Assembly: GCF_006345805.1 (NCBI RefSeq)
Contig: NC_043003.1
Location: 85,808,001-85,872,000 of the forward strand
Source of the DNA: Octopus sinensis
Lineage: Eukaryota
Direction of reading: 5' to 3'
DNA length: 64,000 nucleotides
The translations under genes were made by a program, and so were the position numbers. The stretch's first letter is position 1. Every line of letters begins with the position of its first letter. Shown here piece after piece: positions 39,261-53,828 of this stretch. A model generated the notes under the pieces. The model ran no database searches and was not told the DNA's origin. It saw only the letters and a program-made list of their open reading frames with translations.

Positions 39261-39776
39261 ATGGTTTCTGATGAAAGCTCAAAACCGCTAATTTTAAGGC
39301 AAGGGCCAGCTAATGTCACCGACCTTAGCATTTGACTAGTACTTTAATTTATCAATCACTGAGGGATGAACGGTAAAGTTAACCTTGGCAGGATTAGAAC
39401 CCAGAGCGTAAAGAGTCGAAAGAAATACTGCAAAGTATTTAATCCGATCCCAGCAATTGTGCCAACCCATCGCCAATAATTTTTAACATTGGCATATAGG
39501 AAGATATTTTGGTGTGCCCTACAGTCGAATCCATTCTCCTATATGATTGGTATATATTTTAAAGATAGAAAAAAGTTTGTCTTTGTTATATTTGATAAAT
39601 ACATATATCTAAATAGTGAATGGTATTCAGAAGTGGTTTCTTTATCATAGTACCCACTGATCTACTGAAATGATTTGGTACAACCAGAGAAACCTTTAAA
39701 TCGATACGGTTTTCTTTATTCCTAGAGTGAGAATAATTTTGAAGAAAGTGTAAAAAAAAAGTAATTGTTTACTGCT

Positions 39777-39817
<41 letters not shown>

Positions 39818-41097
39818 GAAATTAAAGAATGCAAAGCCAATCCATAAAATCAAAGCCGCGATCAGGTCCTTGATGTTTAAAAGGATAGTAAGAAACAAGT
39901 GCTAAATATATGTATTTTTTTAAGTAGTTTTTTTCTTTCGTAAACTTTTGTTAGATTTCTTCGTTCAAATGAATATAGAAATATCAATAGGGTGAGTTTT
40001 ATATACCATTAAGATAGTCGAGACTTTGCAGTAAAGAGGAGACTTAGAAAAAGCTAATTTCTTGTTCTAATTGTAGTCAGTTATCTCTTATTGTAATACC
40101 AGTGCAAGTTTCCCTGTTAAAATTGCGTGATTTTGCGTGAATGCATTGTCTGAATTGGTTTGCATCAAAACACACACACACACGCACACACACAAAACAA
40201 AGAGGAGTTATTATTGGGCTTTTGACATTTTGATATTTTCAATGAATATTGCAATTTTGTTTGGCTTGGTTTCTCTGAAGTGGCAATCTGACAGCATCGA
40301 CCCAAAGACAAACAAAATATAACACAGAACAGAACATAAAGAGAAACCGTTAAAAAGAAAGAGAATGGAAGCTCTTTGAAAATGATCGAATTTGCGAACG
40401 ATATGATATCACGTTGAAGCATAATTGAACTACTTTGTTATTTAATAAATATTTGAGCTTCAGACACAAGAAATTTGATTTTTGAAGGATATTTCAGCTT
40501 TTTATGACCAAAGATTCTAATACAAATGGATGCTTTCTATCAATATTCAGATAATGCTACCATGTTTGTAAAAAAAAAAAAAAAAGAAAAAAAAGAACAC
40601 AAGCAAAAATAAAATTTCTGAGTGTAGAAAATATGTATCAATCGACTATCTGATAGATTCAGCCATCTGGAAATAAGTTAGACAAACGCTTACTTCCAAA
40701 ATAACCTGAATATTCGGTCTATTATTTTACAGCTTAATTAGAGGAGGAGAGGCAGTTCTTACAATATTTTGCAGGAGTTCCGAAAGTTATGGGGATGGGA
40801 AATGAACAAATTACGGCTCATGAAGTGGGAAGAGGAAGCAGCACCAAAATATCGGCTTATCGGAAATTCGTTGTGAGCTAGGTGGAGATGTTATAACATA
40901 TTCTGTTTATCAGTCAGATTCGAGATCTCTACTCATTGCAAGCCAAGCGTTGAAGTTAAAAAAATAGACTAAGAAAGAAAGAGACACAGTTCCATTCAGC
41001 AGCTCGTGAAATTTCCGTCAATTAAACTCCAGTCCAAAATATTGAGTAAGCTCAAAGATACTTGCCGTACTGTAAGATCGATCCAGGAAGTAAACGT

Positions 41098-41287
41098 AAA
41101 TTTTGAGGGAGGAGGTCAGTCAATTAGATCTACCTCAGTACGCAACTAGTACTTAATTTATCGACCACGAACGGATGAAAGGCAAAGTCGACCTCGGCGG
41201 AATTTGAACTCAAAACATAAAGACAGACGAAATACCTATTTTTACTACCAACAAGGCGCTAAACACAGAGAGGACAAACAAGGACAA
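41098..41287 (-). repeat. Inverted local copy of 44157-44343
   Basis: 3 mismatches in ~187 bp; shares private variants with that copy. Confidence 0.9.
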
Positions 41288-42504
41288 ACTCTACGGTTAT
41301 AAAACAATGTATCAAATTGCGGTTTAGTGATCTATTCAAATTAGTGATATATTTACATTACAAACAGCCTAAATTCGATTTGGTTGTGACTTGGAGACTT
41401 AACTAAAACTTTCAGTTTCACTACAGGCACTAGATTTCACAATCTCGGATGGGCTTTTATAGTTATCTCACATATATGATATTGCCAAGACTGAATTTCC
41501 CTAAAACGTTGCCATTTCAGGATCAAACCTTGACATCAGGTAATTGCTAATTTTCTCCAACACTCAAATGTACCCCATATTGGAATACCCAAAAGCAAAA
41601 TGTTTTAGACCACGTAAAAATAAAATTTTCCCATTCATTTGCCTAAGACTCACTGATCAACACGCTTAAACCTTCTCACTTATCTTTGCGGCTACTTTTT
41701 CTAATACAATCACTTTTGCTCCTCTGAGTAGCAAATTGTATATCATATCCAGCAAAGATTAAATGGTAAATTTGTCTTCCAAAACCACCACCACCACCAC
41801 CACCATCACCACCATTACCACCACCACCATTACCACCACCACTACCATAATCATTATAATCGCCTTCGTTATCGCCACCGTCATCATCATCATCCCTAAT
41901 GTGTTTGCTTCACATGGATTATCCATAATTACAGTCTTACCACGATCGTTAAAAAACAGAGTCGGAACATCAACAGCATTGATTTCCCCCGGCCATCTTT
42001 TGTACTCTTTACCTTTTCTGCCTAAACTGAGTAAGTGTAGATAAATGAAATAACTCTGAACTCAGTTTCGTCTTTCTGGTTGCAAAACTGTACAAGCTTT
42101 GACATTATGAATTATCTTCTGATATACAGAAGTATTAGAGCTTTGGGTTTCTTTACCTTGAAATATAGTGCGATTAGGGAAAAGTTCCTCATAGTAGTGG
42201 ATTATCAGAAGAAATTGCATTTTATATTAAAATGCAAATAATTGAGAAACTCAAGCAGCAAAATTTTGATTTTGATATCATAACAAAACAAACGTGATGA
42301 GTTGCAGACCCTTGATTTTGTAATCGCTTGCTACCTAGGAAGATATTCTTTAGTATCTTAGAAGCCATGTAGAAAGCAATGTATGTCTAAGTTATTTGAC
42401 CACACTATATAGAAAATGAAACAGGCATTTGTTAACGGATTCTTTTCAATGTTTCTCCTATGTATGTCATTAAATACTAATTTATGTTAATATTCGATAC
42501 TTTT

Positions 42505-42715
42505 AAGGCGGTGGGATAGCAGAATCGTTAGCACTCCGGCAAAAAACGTTTACCGTCATTTCGTACCCTTTTATGTTCAAATTCCACCGAGGTCGACTTT
42601 ATCTTTCATCATTTCGGGGTCGATAAAAGAAGTATCAGTTGATCACTGTGGTTGATGTAATTGACTTACCCATTGCCACGAAATTGCTGGCCTTGTGCTA
42701 AAGTTTGAGACCAAT
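42505..42715 (+). mobile_element. Older family B SINE
   Basis: Head ggcggtggga.agcagaatcgttagcac, Deu/Nin core, tail ttgtgctaaagtttga. Confidence 0.7.
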
Positions 42716-43606
42716 ATATAATAGTACTACTCTGTCTGCAAGCTATTTATAAGGAAATGATTACTTTTGTCTCAATGTTCCATTTATTATTTTTCTTTAC
42801 AGACAATCTTAAAGACATTTTATACGTAAAGACAAAACAAAAAGTCCCCCCAGGCAGTGAAAAAGCAATACTTAAATTTAACAAGTTACCAATCTGTTTT
42901 CAGAATGGTTGAATGCAAAAATACTTTAATCATTCATTATAGCTTATACATGCCGCAGCATATTCTCAAATTTTAGAAATTTTCGGAGTAACTTACATTT
43001 TACATTTACATTATCGGTGCAGACATTTATGATTTTTGGAAAAGAAAAAAAAAAATTATGTAAGGAAATGATTTGTGCAAGAGACGAATACATACGAACG
43101 AAAGCACATGAAGTAAAATGTGAATGACAAAACAATGCTATTTGCACATCTAAAGTTTCTCAAACGGTTATTTTTAAAAGTCGTTGTCAAACAACTCCAA
43201 TAATCACGTATGTATATTGGTTTATCCATCGCAGTTTGGACCAACATCGAGTGTTAAATTCCGTTTAAATCCAGATAATTTTCTTCTTCTCAACAGAACG
43301 ATGTTTCTGTTTCATTTACGTTAATGGAACGAATGATTCAATTAGAGTGAAAACTTGACGCAAACACCGCTAATATATTGTCACTGTAAGCAGTTATTCA
43401 ATAACAATACGACTGCATACATCAATCTGGAGGAAATATACGCCGATGAGGAGTAAAAATGCAGCAACGAAGTGATACATTACATAGGGCTACAGAAATA
43501 GTATAACCACTTGAATAAATCGTGTATTTTACTGGTATGATGACGGAAGAATACTAGACAAAATAAGAGAAAGACAGGAACGAAATAATATAATTTTCCC
43601 CGTGAA

Positions 43607-44350
43607 GGCGGCGGGCTGGCAGAAACGTCAGCACACCGGGCGAAATGCTTAGCAGTATTTCGTCTGCTGGTACGTTCTGAGTTCAAATTCCGCCGAGGTC
43701 GACTTTGCCTTTCATCCTTTCGGGGTCAATAAATTAAGTACCAGTTACGCACTGGGGTCGATGTGATCGACTTAATCTCTTTGTCTCTCCTTGTTTGTCC
43801 CCTCTGTGTTTAGTCCCTTGTGGGTAGTAAAGCAATAGGTATTTCGCCTGCCGCTACGTTCTGCGTTCAAATTCCGCCGAGGTCGACTTTGCCTTTCATC
43901 CCTTCGGGGTCGATAAATTAAGTACCAGTTGCTTACTGGGGTCGATCTTATCGACTTAATCTGTTTGTCTGTCCTTGTTTGTCCTCTCTGTGTTTAGTCC
44001 CTTGTGGATAGTAAAGCAATAGGTATTTCGCCTGCAAGCTACGTTCTGAGTTCAAATTTCGCCGAGGTCGACTTTGTCTTTCATCCTTTCGGGGTCGATT
44101 AAATAAGTACCAGTTACGCACTGGAGTCGATATAATCGACTTAATCCGTTTGTCTGTCCTTGTTTGTCCTCTCTGTGTTTAGCGCCTTGTTGGTAGTAAA
44201 AATAGGTATTTCGTCTGTCTTTATGTTCTGAGTTCAAATTCCGCCGAGGTCGACTTTGCCTTTCATCCGTTCGTGGTCGATAAATTAAGTACTAGTTGCG
44301 TACTGAGGTCGATCTAATTGACTGGCCTCCTCCCTCAAAATTTCAGGCCT
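43607..44350 (+). repeat. Tandem SINE array: one head plus four ~184-bp bodies
   Basis: gtatttcg unit starts at 43655, 43839, 44023 and 44206. Confidence 0.92.
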
Positions 44351-44571
44351 TGCGCCCATTGTAGAAAAGTATGTAATTTTCCCCGTTTATAAATCTAAAA
44401 TCACTTGCACCATTGGTAAAGTTTACTGCAATAAGGAGGAGCAATACTTCCTTTGATGTATGTATTGGGAGAATAAGTTCCCTTGTTATGTATTGTTTCA
44501 AATACTTTAGTTTTTAGCTCACAGAGGAAGTGACTGAGTATAACACCAAACTAAATGCATTATATTTAGTT

Positions 44572-44850
44572 GAGGCACATGGCTTAGTGGTTAGAGCAGC
44601 GGATTCGCGGTCGAGGGAGCGTGGGTTCGAATCTCCGACCGGGCGGTGTGTGTGTGTTCATGAGTGAAACACCTAGCTCCACGCCGCTGCGGCAGAAGGT
44701 AATGGCGAACTTCTACTGACTCTTTCGCCACAACTTTCTCTCACTCTTTCCTCTTGCAGTTCACCGGCGTCCCGTCCGGGTGGGGAACCTATACGCCAAG
44801 AAAACCGGGAAACCGGCCCTTATGTGCCAGGCATGGCTCGAGAAAGAACA
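44572..44850 (+). mobile_element. tRNA-derived SINE with 19-bp TSD
   Basis: A box tggcttagtgg, B box ggttcgaatc; TSD aaatgcattatatttagtt at 44553-44571 and 44851-44869. Confidence 0.9.
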
Positions 44851-45688
44851 AAATGCATTATATTTAGTTTCTGTTTTACTGTCTCCGGATTCAAGTTCGA
44901 TCGGAGCTAACTTTTGTCTTTCATTTTACCGGTGTCTATATAAAGTATTAACAATAATATATTAGAGTTGTTTTAACCTACTGTACTCGGGCGTAGGTTC
45001 AGCAAAACAGAATGTTTTAGAAATTCGTTGCGTATCCAAGAAGTATTGTGCTCGATCCTATTGCAATAGTAACGTAGGGCAAATATTATTGAAAAGTTCG
45101 ACTCGACTTATACCTTGTGAGGAAAATTAGGTAAGCGGAAACTGAAAGGAAGCAAGTCGAGTAGATTGTTCTTATGATTCAAAAGTTACTGTCTTGTCAC
45201 ACACTGTGTCACGCTGATTCTCCTTGAGAATTACGCTACGGGTTCACGACTCTGTGGGATACTCACCCACATCCCGCTCATTTAGGAGCAGGCAATTCAA
45301 CTGACTTAGCAGCCGAATCCTTATCGTCGAAGGACAGAGATTCACTACCATCATGCACATCAACAAAAAAAATCATCCCGATTTTTAATGAGAAACTAAG
45401 AAAATATCATACTGTATTTTTTACTAGGCAGAAAAAGCCTATATTTTTTCAAGGAAGGAGATTTAGAAATAGAGATGTTAGCGCTTTCCTTAAGCATGAG
45501 ATGGTTTTGATCGTGAATAGTAACTATGCGGTAGTCTAAATTTACTGAAGTTTATCTCACATCTTATGGTATTTATCGCTTAATTTAATGATTTCTAACT
45601 TTTATACATTGTAAAACCTTGTGAGCAGAGTGAATGCATTAACACAATCATTTCACTGGTCTCTATGTTACTGACGTTCACCAAGGAT

Positions 45689-45875
45689 GAAAGGCAAGTC
45701 GATATAACCAAGATTTAATGCTCCACCGAAAAAAAAAATTGAAAGGCAAGTCGACAGAACCAAGATTTAATGACATTTTGGTTAATGCTCAACCGACAAA
45801 AAAATAAAATGAAAGGCAAGTCGACAGAACCAAGATTTAATGACATTTTGGTTGATGCTCAACCGACAAAAAAAG
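45689..45875. repeat. Tandem repeat, ~70-bp unit x2 plus a shorter unit
   Basis: gaaaggcaagtcga..aaccaagatttaatg at 45689, 45741 and 45811. Confidence 0.85.
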
Positions 45876-45973
45876 AGTATTAATTTAGGTATTTAAGCAC
45901 AAACCGAAGGTGGAATCTGTCGATTATATTGCTTCTAGTAGTTGACTGATAGCTATTTTATCACCAAAGAAGA

Positions 45974-47290
45974 TATAAGCAACTGTGCACAGGTGTATAA
46001 CAATATGTTGTATATTAGAAGGATGGCTATAGCACAGATCCGTGAAACCGCACTTACAGAAAAGGTGAATGTTTTCTGGGCGATATATAAAGGAATAGAT
46101 AAAAATCGAAGTACGTGTCACAATCAGAAGTATAGACAGAGGTATATAATGAGATACAGTTATAAGGATACATAAGCATGAATAAGCCAGGTCAAATAGA
46201 ACACTAATAGATACAATAATGGAAGTATTGTATTATTTGGTAAAGAAAATACGGAGGGCAGAAATAGGGATGACAATTTCGCGGATTGGTACAGATATAC
46301 AAGAGCACAATGGGTTTGCACAATATTTGTATGAGTAATTGGAAGTGGGAAAGAGGTCATGTTATTGGAAAAACATGGTTATATGTTGTTACTTCAGGCA
46401 CTGGGGTTTGTTGAGTAGAGTTGGTATTTTTAATGTGTTTCTTGCAGTCGTCGGGAAGGAGTAGGTGGTAGGTATGTTTTAGCGTTAGCAGTGAGAGTGT
46501 TTAAAATTTTTTTTTTTAATGAAAGAGGAGTTTCTGTGCTTGGGATATAGATGTTGAAGACAATTATTCTTTTCTTGGAGATGCAAAGAGGGACCTGAAT
46601 TTATATGCTAAGTTGTACAACCTTGTCTTATAAGCAACTGTGCACAGGTGTATAGCAATATCGAGCTGGCAGAAACGTTAGCACGCCGGGCGAAATGCTT
46701 AGCGATATTTCGTCTGCCGTTACGTTCTGAGTTCAAATTCCGCCGAGGTCGACTTTGCCTTTCATCCTTTCGGGGTCGATAAATTAAGTACCAGTTACGC
46801 ACTGGGGTCGATGTAATCGACTTAATACCTATGTCTGTCCTTGTTTGATGGAGTGCTTGAGACTTTGTAGGGTACAGTCGTTGCCGGAAAGCATACAGAG
46901 CAAATTTCCGAATAAGAGTAAGATTTAGGTAATGCAGAATCTGAACTCGTTTGAGGTTAGGCCAATGAAGTGTCTGTTTGAGGAGTCTGTGGTAACCTTA
47001 AAGGAGAAATTATTATTTTTATGTGAGTGTCTATATTTTAAGGGTAGCTTTTTGGGTTTTCTAGTAGCAAGATTTAATGCTCGGGTTAGTGCAGAGTGCA
47101 CCAAACATTTTGGGTTAATGGTCAAGAGAGTTTGAACGAAGTATGGAGTTGTTGAGCAAGTTAGTGTTAAGATAGAGTGATATTTGCGCGAGGAGTATGT
47201 TTACTAATATAAGGAGGTGCTTGATGAGTGTTGCAGTTACTTGGAGTTTGAATGGGAGATTGTGACTACATCTATGTTATATATATGCAA
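45974..47290 (-). mobile_element. Penelope-like element remnant (GIY-YIG region), interrupted by a SINE at 46663-46848
   Basis: Minus-strand pieces KVTT....FIGLTSNEFRF and CISKKRIIVFNI resemble the PLE endonuclease end; a 33-bp direct repeat at 45974-46006 and 46629-46661. Confidence 0.55.
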
Positions 47291-47409
47291 ATATATAAAC
47301 ACACATGCACACATAAATATTTGAAAAACGTTTTATTAAATTCAAAGTTATTAATTAAAAATCTTTTAAAAAAGATTAACTCAGCTTCCATCTCTCCCCC
47401 TCTCCCTCT

Positions 47410-47845
<436 letters not shown>

Positions 47846-47858
47846 CATACATATAGTG

Positions 47859-48150
47859 AAGGCGCGTGGTTTAGTAGTTAGGGTATTCAGATCATGATCA
47901 TAAGGTCGTGTGTTCGATTTCCGGCGGCACTTTGCACAAGACACATTGCTCCAGTCTACTCAGCTGGTAAAAATGAGAAGTACCTGTATTTAAAACGGAC
48001 AGCTTTGTCACATTCTGTATCACTCTGAGAACTATGTTAAGGGTACGCGTATGTGTGGAGTGCTCAGCCACTTGCACAGTAATTTCACGAACAGTCTGTT
48101 CCATTGATCGTATCAGCTGGAACCCTTATCGTCGTAATCTACGGAGTGGC
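47859..48150 (+). mobile_element. tRNA-derived SINE (third family)
   Basis: ggcgcgtggtttagtagttaggg..gttcgatt head; body similar to the fragment near 45180-45330. Confidence 0.65.
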
Positions 48151-48944
48151 AGTTTTACACACACACACACACACATACACACTCGTATATAATATATATA
48201 CATACGCATAAATATAAACGTATCTGCACAATTATGTGTTTATGTGTGTGAAAAAAGATGTACGACAAACATTACAACTCTTAAACGACACAGTAAAATA
48301 CTAATTATACTTGAAAGCAGAAATAACATGCATGTAGCCGTTACATATAGCTATTAGTTAATTGATGCAACTCTATAGTTGGTTATTTAATATTTGACAC
48401 CAGTCAAAAGCAATCGATATTTCTTTGTAAAAAAATCGATATTTCCTTCCCAAGAAAAAATGTTTTTATCGATGTTTACATGTTTACATGATATTTTATT
48501 TACTCATGCAAATCTTCACGGATATTCATAACGTTATGTTATTCTTTTGAACTATTTCTGTTCATTTCATGTTTTTTTTTTATCAGCGTGGCCGTATATT
48601 GTTGCCAGTACGTCACGTTTCCATAATTTAACACAGCTTCTTTCAGTAGATATAGTACACCATTAGTTACAGTATTAATATGAGTAACGGTGACAGCAAT
48701 AGTAGAAGCAGTGTCTGTAGCTGAAGCCACATCACTAGTACTCAGTAGGTCTTCTCTAAGATATACAGTAATCTCCAAACAATACATTATCGTTTAAACA
48801 TTTCAAATTCATTCTGATAAAATCTGTTGGATTTTTTCTTTAGAAATTATAATGTCGACATATCAACATTTCATGCTTCAACGGCACCAATAATAGCACT
48901 GGTAGCAACAATAACAGCACTAGCACCACCACTGCTACCTATTT

Positions 48945-49730
48945 TTTTACTACGCACAAGGGGCTAAACACGAAGAGGACCAACAAAGACAGATAAACGG
49001 ATTAAGGATTAAGGATTAAGTCGATTATATCGACCCAAGTGCGTAATTGGTACTTATTTAATCGACCCCGAAAGGAAGAAAGGCAAGGTCGACCTCGGCG
49101 GAATTTGAACTCAGAACATAGCGGCAGGCGAAATACCTATTTCTTTACTACCAATAAGGGGCTAAACACAGAGACAACAAACAAGGACAGACAAACGGAT
49201 TAAGTCGATTACATTGATCCCAGTGCGTAACTGGTACTTAATTTATCGACCCCGAAAGGATGAAAGGCAAAGTCGACCTCGGCGGAATTTGAACTCAGAA
49301 CGTAGCGGCAGGCGAAATACCTATTTCTTTACTACCCACAAGGGGCTAAACACAGAGACAACAAACAAGGACAGACAAACGGATTAAGTCGATTATATCG
49401 ACCCCAGTGCGTAATGGTACTTAATTTATCGACCCCGAAAGGATGAAAGGCAAGTCGACCTCGGCGGAATTTGAACTCAGAACGTAGCGGCAGGCGAAAT
49501 ACCTATTTCTTTATTACCCACAAGGGGCTAAACACAGAGGGGACAAACAAGGACAGACATAGGTATTAAGTCGATTACATCGACCCCAGTGCGTAACTGG
49601 TACTTAATTTATCGACCCCGAAAGGATGAAAGGCAAAGTTGACCTCGGCGGAATTTGAACGCAGAACGTAACGGCAGGCGAAATACCGCTAAGCATCTCG
49701 CCCGGCGCGATAACGTCTCTGCCAGCCCAC
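48945..49730 (-). repeat. Tandem SINE array: one head plus four ~184-bp bodies, opposite orientation
   Basis: aaatacc junctions at 49131, 49315, 49497 and 49681. Confidence 0.92.
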
Positions 49731-50997
49731 CACTACTACCGCTACCACCATCACCAACTGTAATGGTAGTTGGGATAACATTGCACAAAGCAATACATTT
49801 TGGAAAGAGCACAATCGATTATACAATCCCGGTACTTGTGTTGTGTTATATTTTATCGATCTGAGACAGGTGAAAGACAGAGATAACCTCGGCGTGATAT
49901 GAACTCAGAACGTTAAAGGCTGTAACTAAATATCATGAAATATTTCTCAACATTCTAACGATTCTGCTAAACCACTGCTTTATCTTTATTTACACATATA
50001 AAACGACAATCAATTCCATATTTGCAGAAACTTAGGTAAACCCTTCAGTATTTCAATGTTAGCAGTAACTCCCTCCTATCCCATAAAGTTACTAGACTCA
50101 TGTTCAAATCTTTCCGCAGTGTATTTAGAAAAAGTTAATCTGGGGAAAACAGCATTCTTTCTAAATTACATACACAGGCGGATTTGAAGCAAATGCGGGT
50201 TTATTGCACTACACACTGCTTCTATTGTTTACTACGATAAAAATGTCCCTTACTAAAATATATATTTACCGCTTCTTTAACTAGACTAGTTATAATTAGG
50301 AGCAGTACGCGAGGAAATATCACAGTAAATGCGAAATTTTTCAGATGATTGTAAGTTTATATAGAGCCATAAAATTTAGCGTTCCTTTATGAATTGAATA
50401 TCCTGCATAATTTTCGTTTAAAAACACATTTCAGTTTTAGATGAGGCTATAATTGAAGGAGCATCACTTTCCTATGCTCTCAGATGTACAGAGGTTCATT
50501 TATAAGTCCTAGAGCTTCACAATGATTACAGAGAATATTCATGTTACTAATGTAACTTTAAATAGTATGTTTATATGTTTTTTTTTGTCGTTCCCTCCGA
50601 TTTTCATTTTATATTCTAGCTTGAACATGTCCCCTTATCTGTTGTAAATACTAACTCTATATTCTTTGATTCATATTTTCTCTTTCTACACGCTGATGCT
50701 TCCGTGCTTGTTCTAGTGCTTCGACACCCCGCTTCTCTTTACGTCATTGCCTATTCAGTCTCATTCTTTCTGTTGTTAGCTTCCATCGTCTGTCATCTAT
50801 ATTTTATATACAAATATCAATTTTCAAGCCAGCAGCCGATCAATAATTGTACTTATGCGCATGCGTTAAACGATAGGTGATATAAAAACTTAGTTCAGCT
50901 AAAAGAAATTTACACTTTTCACTATTCAATCACTATCACGGACGCCGCCGTTGCCGCCGCCACCGCCGCCATCACCACCACAACCACCACCACCACC

Positions 50998-51028
<31 letters not shown>

Positions 51029-51917
51029 CCACCACCACCATCACCATCATCTTTCCCACTCTCTGTGCATTTCTTTAACCTCGCCATCAGTAACACCACC
51101 ACACCCCGTTAAACATATTTCTAACTCTATTTCTCTACATCACTACCTTCAACCAACTTTTTAAAACGCGTTATTAAATATTACGTTCCCCCTACCTCAC
51201 GTCGTGGATGCTTCTCTCTCCCTCTTTATCTCTCTTCCTCTTTTTTCCTTCTTGCCTTTCCTCTCTCCTTTTTCTTTCTCCCTTTTATTCCCTCGTTTTT
51301 CGTCTTTCCCTTCAACTACTCACATAATAGCGTAACATATTTCGACCTTAGTGTATTCTTATATAGATTTTCATCACAGTGATTGCTTTACTCCGGTGAT
51401 AGGTTACAAATTATCATAACCCTCCAATGAAAGTCTAGTGAACTGTCCACTGAACCACATAAAACGCTCAAATTCGCGAACTATGAGATTCACGTAATAA
51501 GGACAAATAGAATGAAATTCATATGGGAGCAGTATAGGTTCTCTGTTCTCGTTATAAACATTACATTTACATAAGAGAAAATTATATGTCTGAATAATCT
51601 AGGCGCCACTATCATTAGGTTCGAAAGATAAAACATAAATAATAGCAGTGTCCGGCTCTTTGAATCAGTTTTCAATTATTCTCAGTTCTATGCTATTCCA
51701 AGAGTCAGAACTGTTGGCAAAATTAAGCTTGCCCTTCAATTTGGCAAAAACTCTTTTCAATTCACTTTTCCTCCGAAAATTGTGTACTGCTACGCACTTA
51801 TAAATTTGAAATAATCCACAATAATGTCTGACACATTGTTGTTAACAAAGTTTAAAACCACGTTATTTGAACATATTTAAGTTGTCATAATAGAGACAAA
51901 AAAAAAGATATACTTAC

Positions 51918-52145
51918 CCAGCGTTCCTGCATCAACTACAGCTAGAAAACCTAGGTAAATTCCCATAAAGAGATCAGCAGTCGCTAAGTTGCAAATTAAA
52001 AAGCGTTGTACGTCCATTTTGGATTTACTTGTGATGGAGACAAATAAAACAACACTGTTTCCTAACAAAGCAAGCTGTAAAACAACCCAGACACCGCATC
52101 GTAGGTACCACCATCCAAACAAATCATCGCATGGTAGAAATGGAT
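51918..52145 (-). CDS. rk: LGR (bursicon-receptor-like) exon: hinge end, TM1, ICL1, TM2
   Basis: Acceptor ctatttcag|AT, donor CTGG|gtaagt; 228 nt, phase 1-1. Translation DPFLPCDDLFGWWYLRCGVWVVLQLALLGNSVVLFVSITSKSKMDVQRFLICNLATADLFMGIYLGFLAVVDAGTLG, strongly resembling rickets/LGR2 (WWxLRCGVWVV, SKMDVxRFL, NLAxADxFMGIYLG). Confidence 0.95.
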
Positions 52146-52573
52146 CTGAAATAGAATGCAAACAATAAAGTATTATTCACACACGCAAGCGTACACAGAT
52201 GCACTGACACACACACACATAGTACACTTACTGACATGCATACACGCACCTGATTCAACACTAAATTAAAATAATAATACGTATAAAATTTGAAATGCAT
52301 GTACAAACTTACAACGACACCGCCTGTAATATTTTATCTCATATATATATTGTTGCTATTATGCAAAAGTGTCGTAAGTCCAAAACGCTGCTTCTTCAGA
52401 AAACGAGAAAATAGTTTCTCTATTCTATAGCAAAACCGTTTTACTACACTTAGACAATTTTTGATATCTTGGCATCTGAAGCAGCTGGAGATACGATAGT
52501 TTGACAAAAAAAAAACGGCTATTGGAAACACAGATAAATATTGAAAAAAAAACGCATTTGGCCAAATTTGGAC

Positions 52574-52612
<39 letters not shown>

Positions 52613-53611
52613 CGTGTGTGTGCGTGTGTGTGCGTATTATGTATTTATGTATTATGCGTATATGTGTCTCATACTTCCCAAGAAACAATAGTTTACGAAA
52701 TATTGTATGTGTCGACCGAGTTAATTAAGATTGCCGATTGTAGAGAGCTAAGTGCAGAACAATCTTGCGCCGAGGAAATGTGTGTACAGCGACATGACAT
52801 ATTTTAAGATTAGACTACATATTTGCATATTTGCATATGATAGACTACCGATGTTGTAACGATCTGTATTCTGTTTATGCAACCTATTAATGATGAGTCT
52901 TTTACTATTTATAACTCTAGTAGCTTCGATGATGTTTGGCTACGAAAATAATCTTTAATTTCAAATTGTAATCGCTGATTGTTCAGGCTAGACATTCCTC
53001 ATCCAACGATAACTATTTTCAGCCAGTTATACTAGTTGATTTGAGAGTTAACTGTCTTGGTAACGAACACAACACAGTACTTGCGACAGGAATCGAACCA
53101 CTAAACTTACAGTTGGTTACCCGACACTGTGTCTATCGGTCATTTGCGCTCTGTGAAATTTTATAACAAAGAACATTTAAGAAAACTGGTAAGAATATGT
53201 TATACTACACAGGGGGCATATGCTTATTATAAACGCTGAATGAACAGGAAATTAATCAATATAAATTTCTATATATTTATCATTGTTCAGTAAATTTTTA
53301 AGTTTCGAAAATATATAATAATATTTTTTTCTTTTGGTCTAGAATGTATATTATTGATAATTATTTTATTGTAAAATTTGTAACAAAAGACGAAAAGGAG
53401 AAACCTGCAGATTATATGTTTTGCAATAAGAAAATCATTAAAAAATTTTCTTTCAGCATAACAACAGGAGTTTCTAAAGCGGAAATATTGCTTCGTTTGC
53501 AGTCAAAGCAGGTTTCTAAGTTTGTAACATATAATTGGAAAATAAATAATGTTTCTGTCAGAGGATATCACCATTACCTGCGCTGATTATCTAGTAAACA
53601 ATATCTATTTA

Positions 53612-53828
53612 CGAGGGCGTGCTGAAAAGTTCTTGGCTTTGGGCAAAACAAAATACAAGAAGATCAGTTAATTATGATTTTATTCAACAAATTCCCCTCC
53701 CAGATTGACACTCTTACTGTAGCGGTACTTCGGTTTTTCTAAGCCCTGTAAAAGAACTCGGAAGGTTGGGTCTACAACCAGGCTTTTCGCGATACATTTA
53801 AAGCCAGGAACTTTTCAACTCCCTGTCG
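53612..53828. mobile_element. Mariner MITE
   Basis: TA|cgagggcgtgctgaaaagttcttggcttt ... aaagccaggaacttttcaactccctgtcg|TA. Confidence 0.8.

Noticed and set aside
44572-44645. tRNA gene
   Set aside because: A and B boxes are present but no acceptor stem closes; it continues into a SINE body with a 19-bp TSD.
48539-48787. 82-aa Ser/Thr-rich ORF inside the large intron
   Set aside because: Trinucleotide-like low complexity; no recognisable domain.
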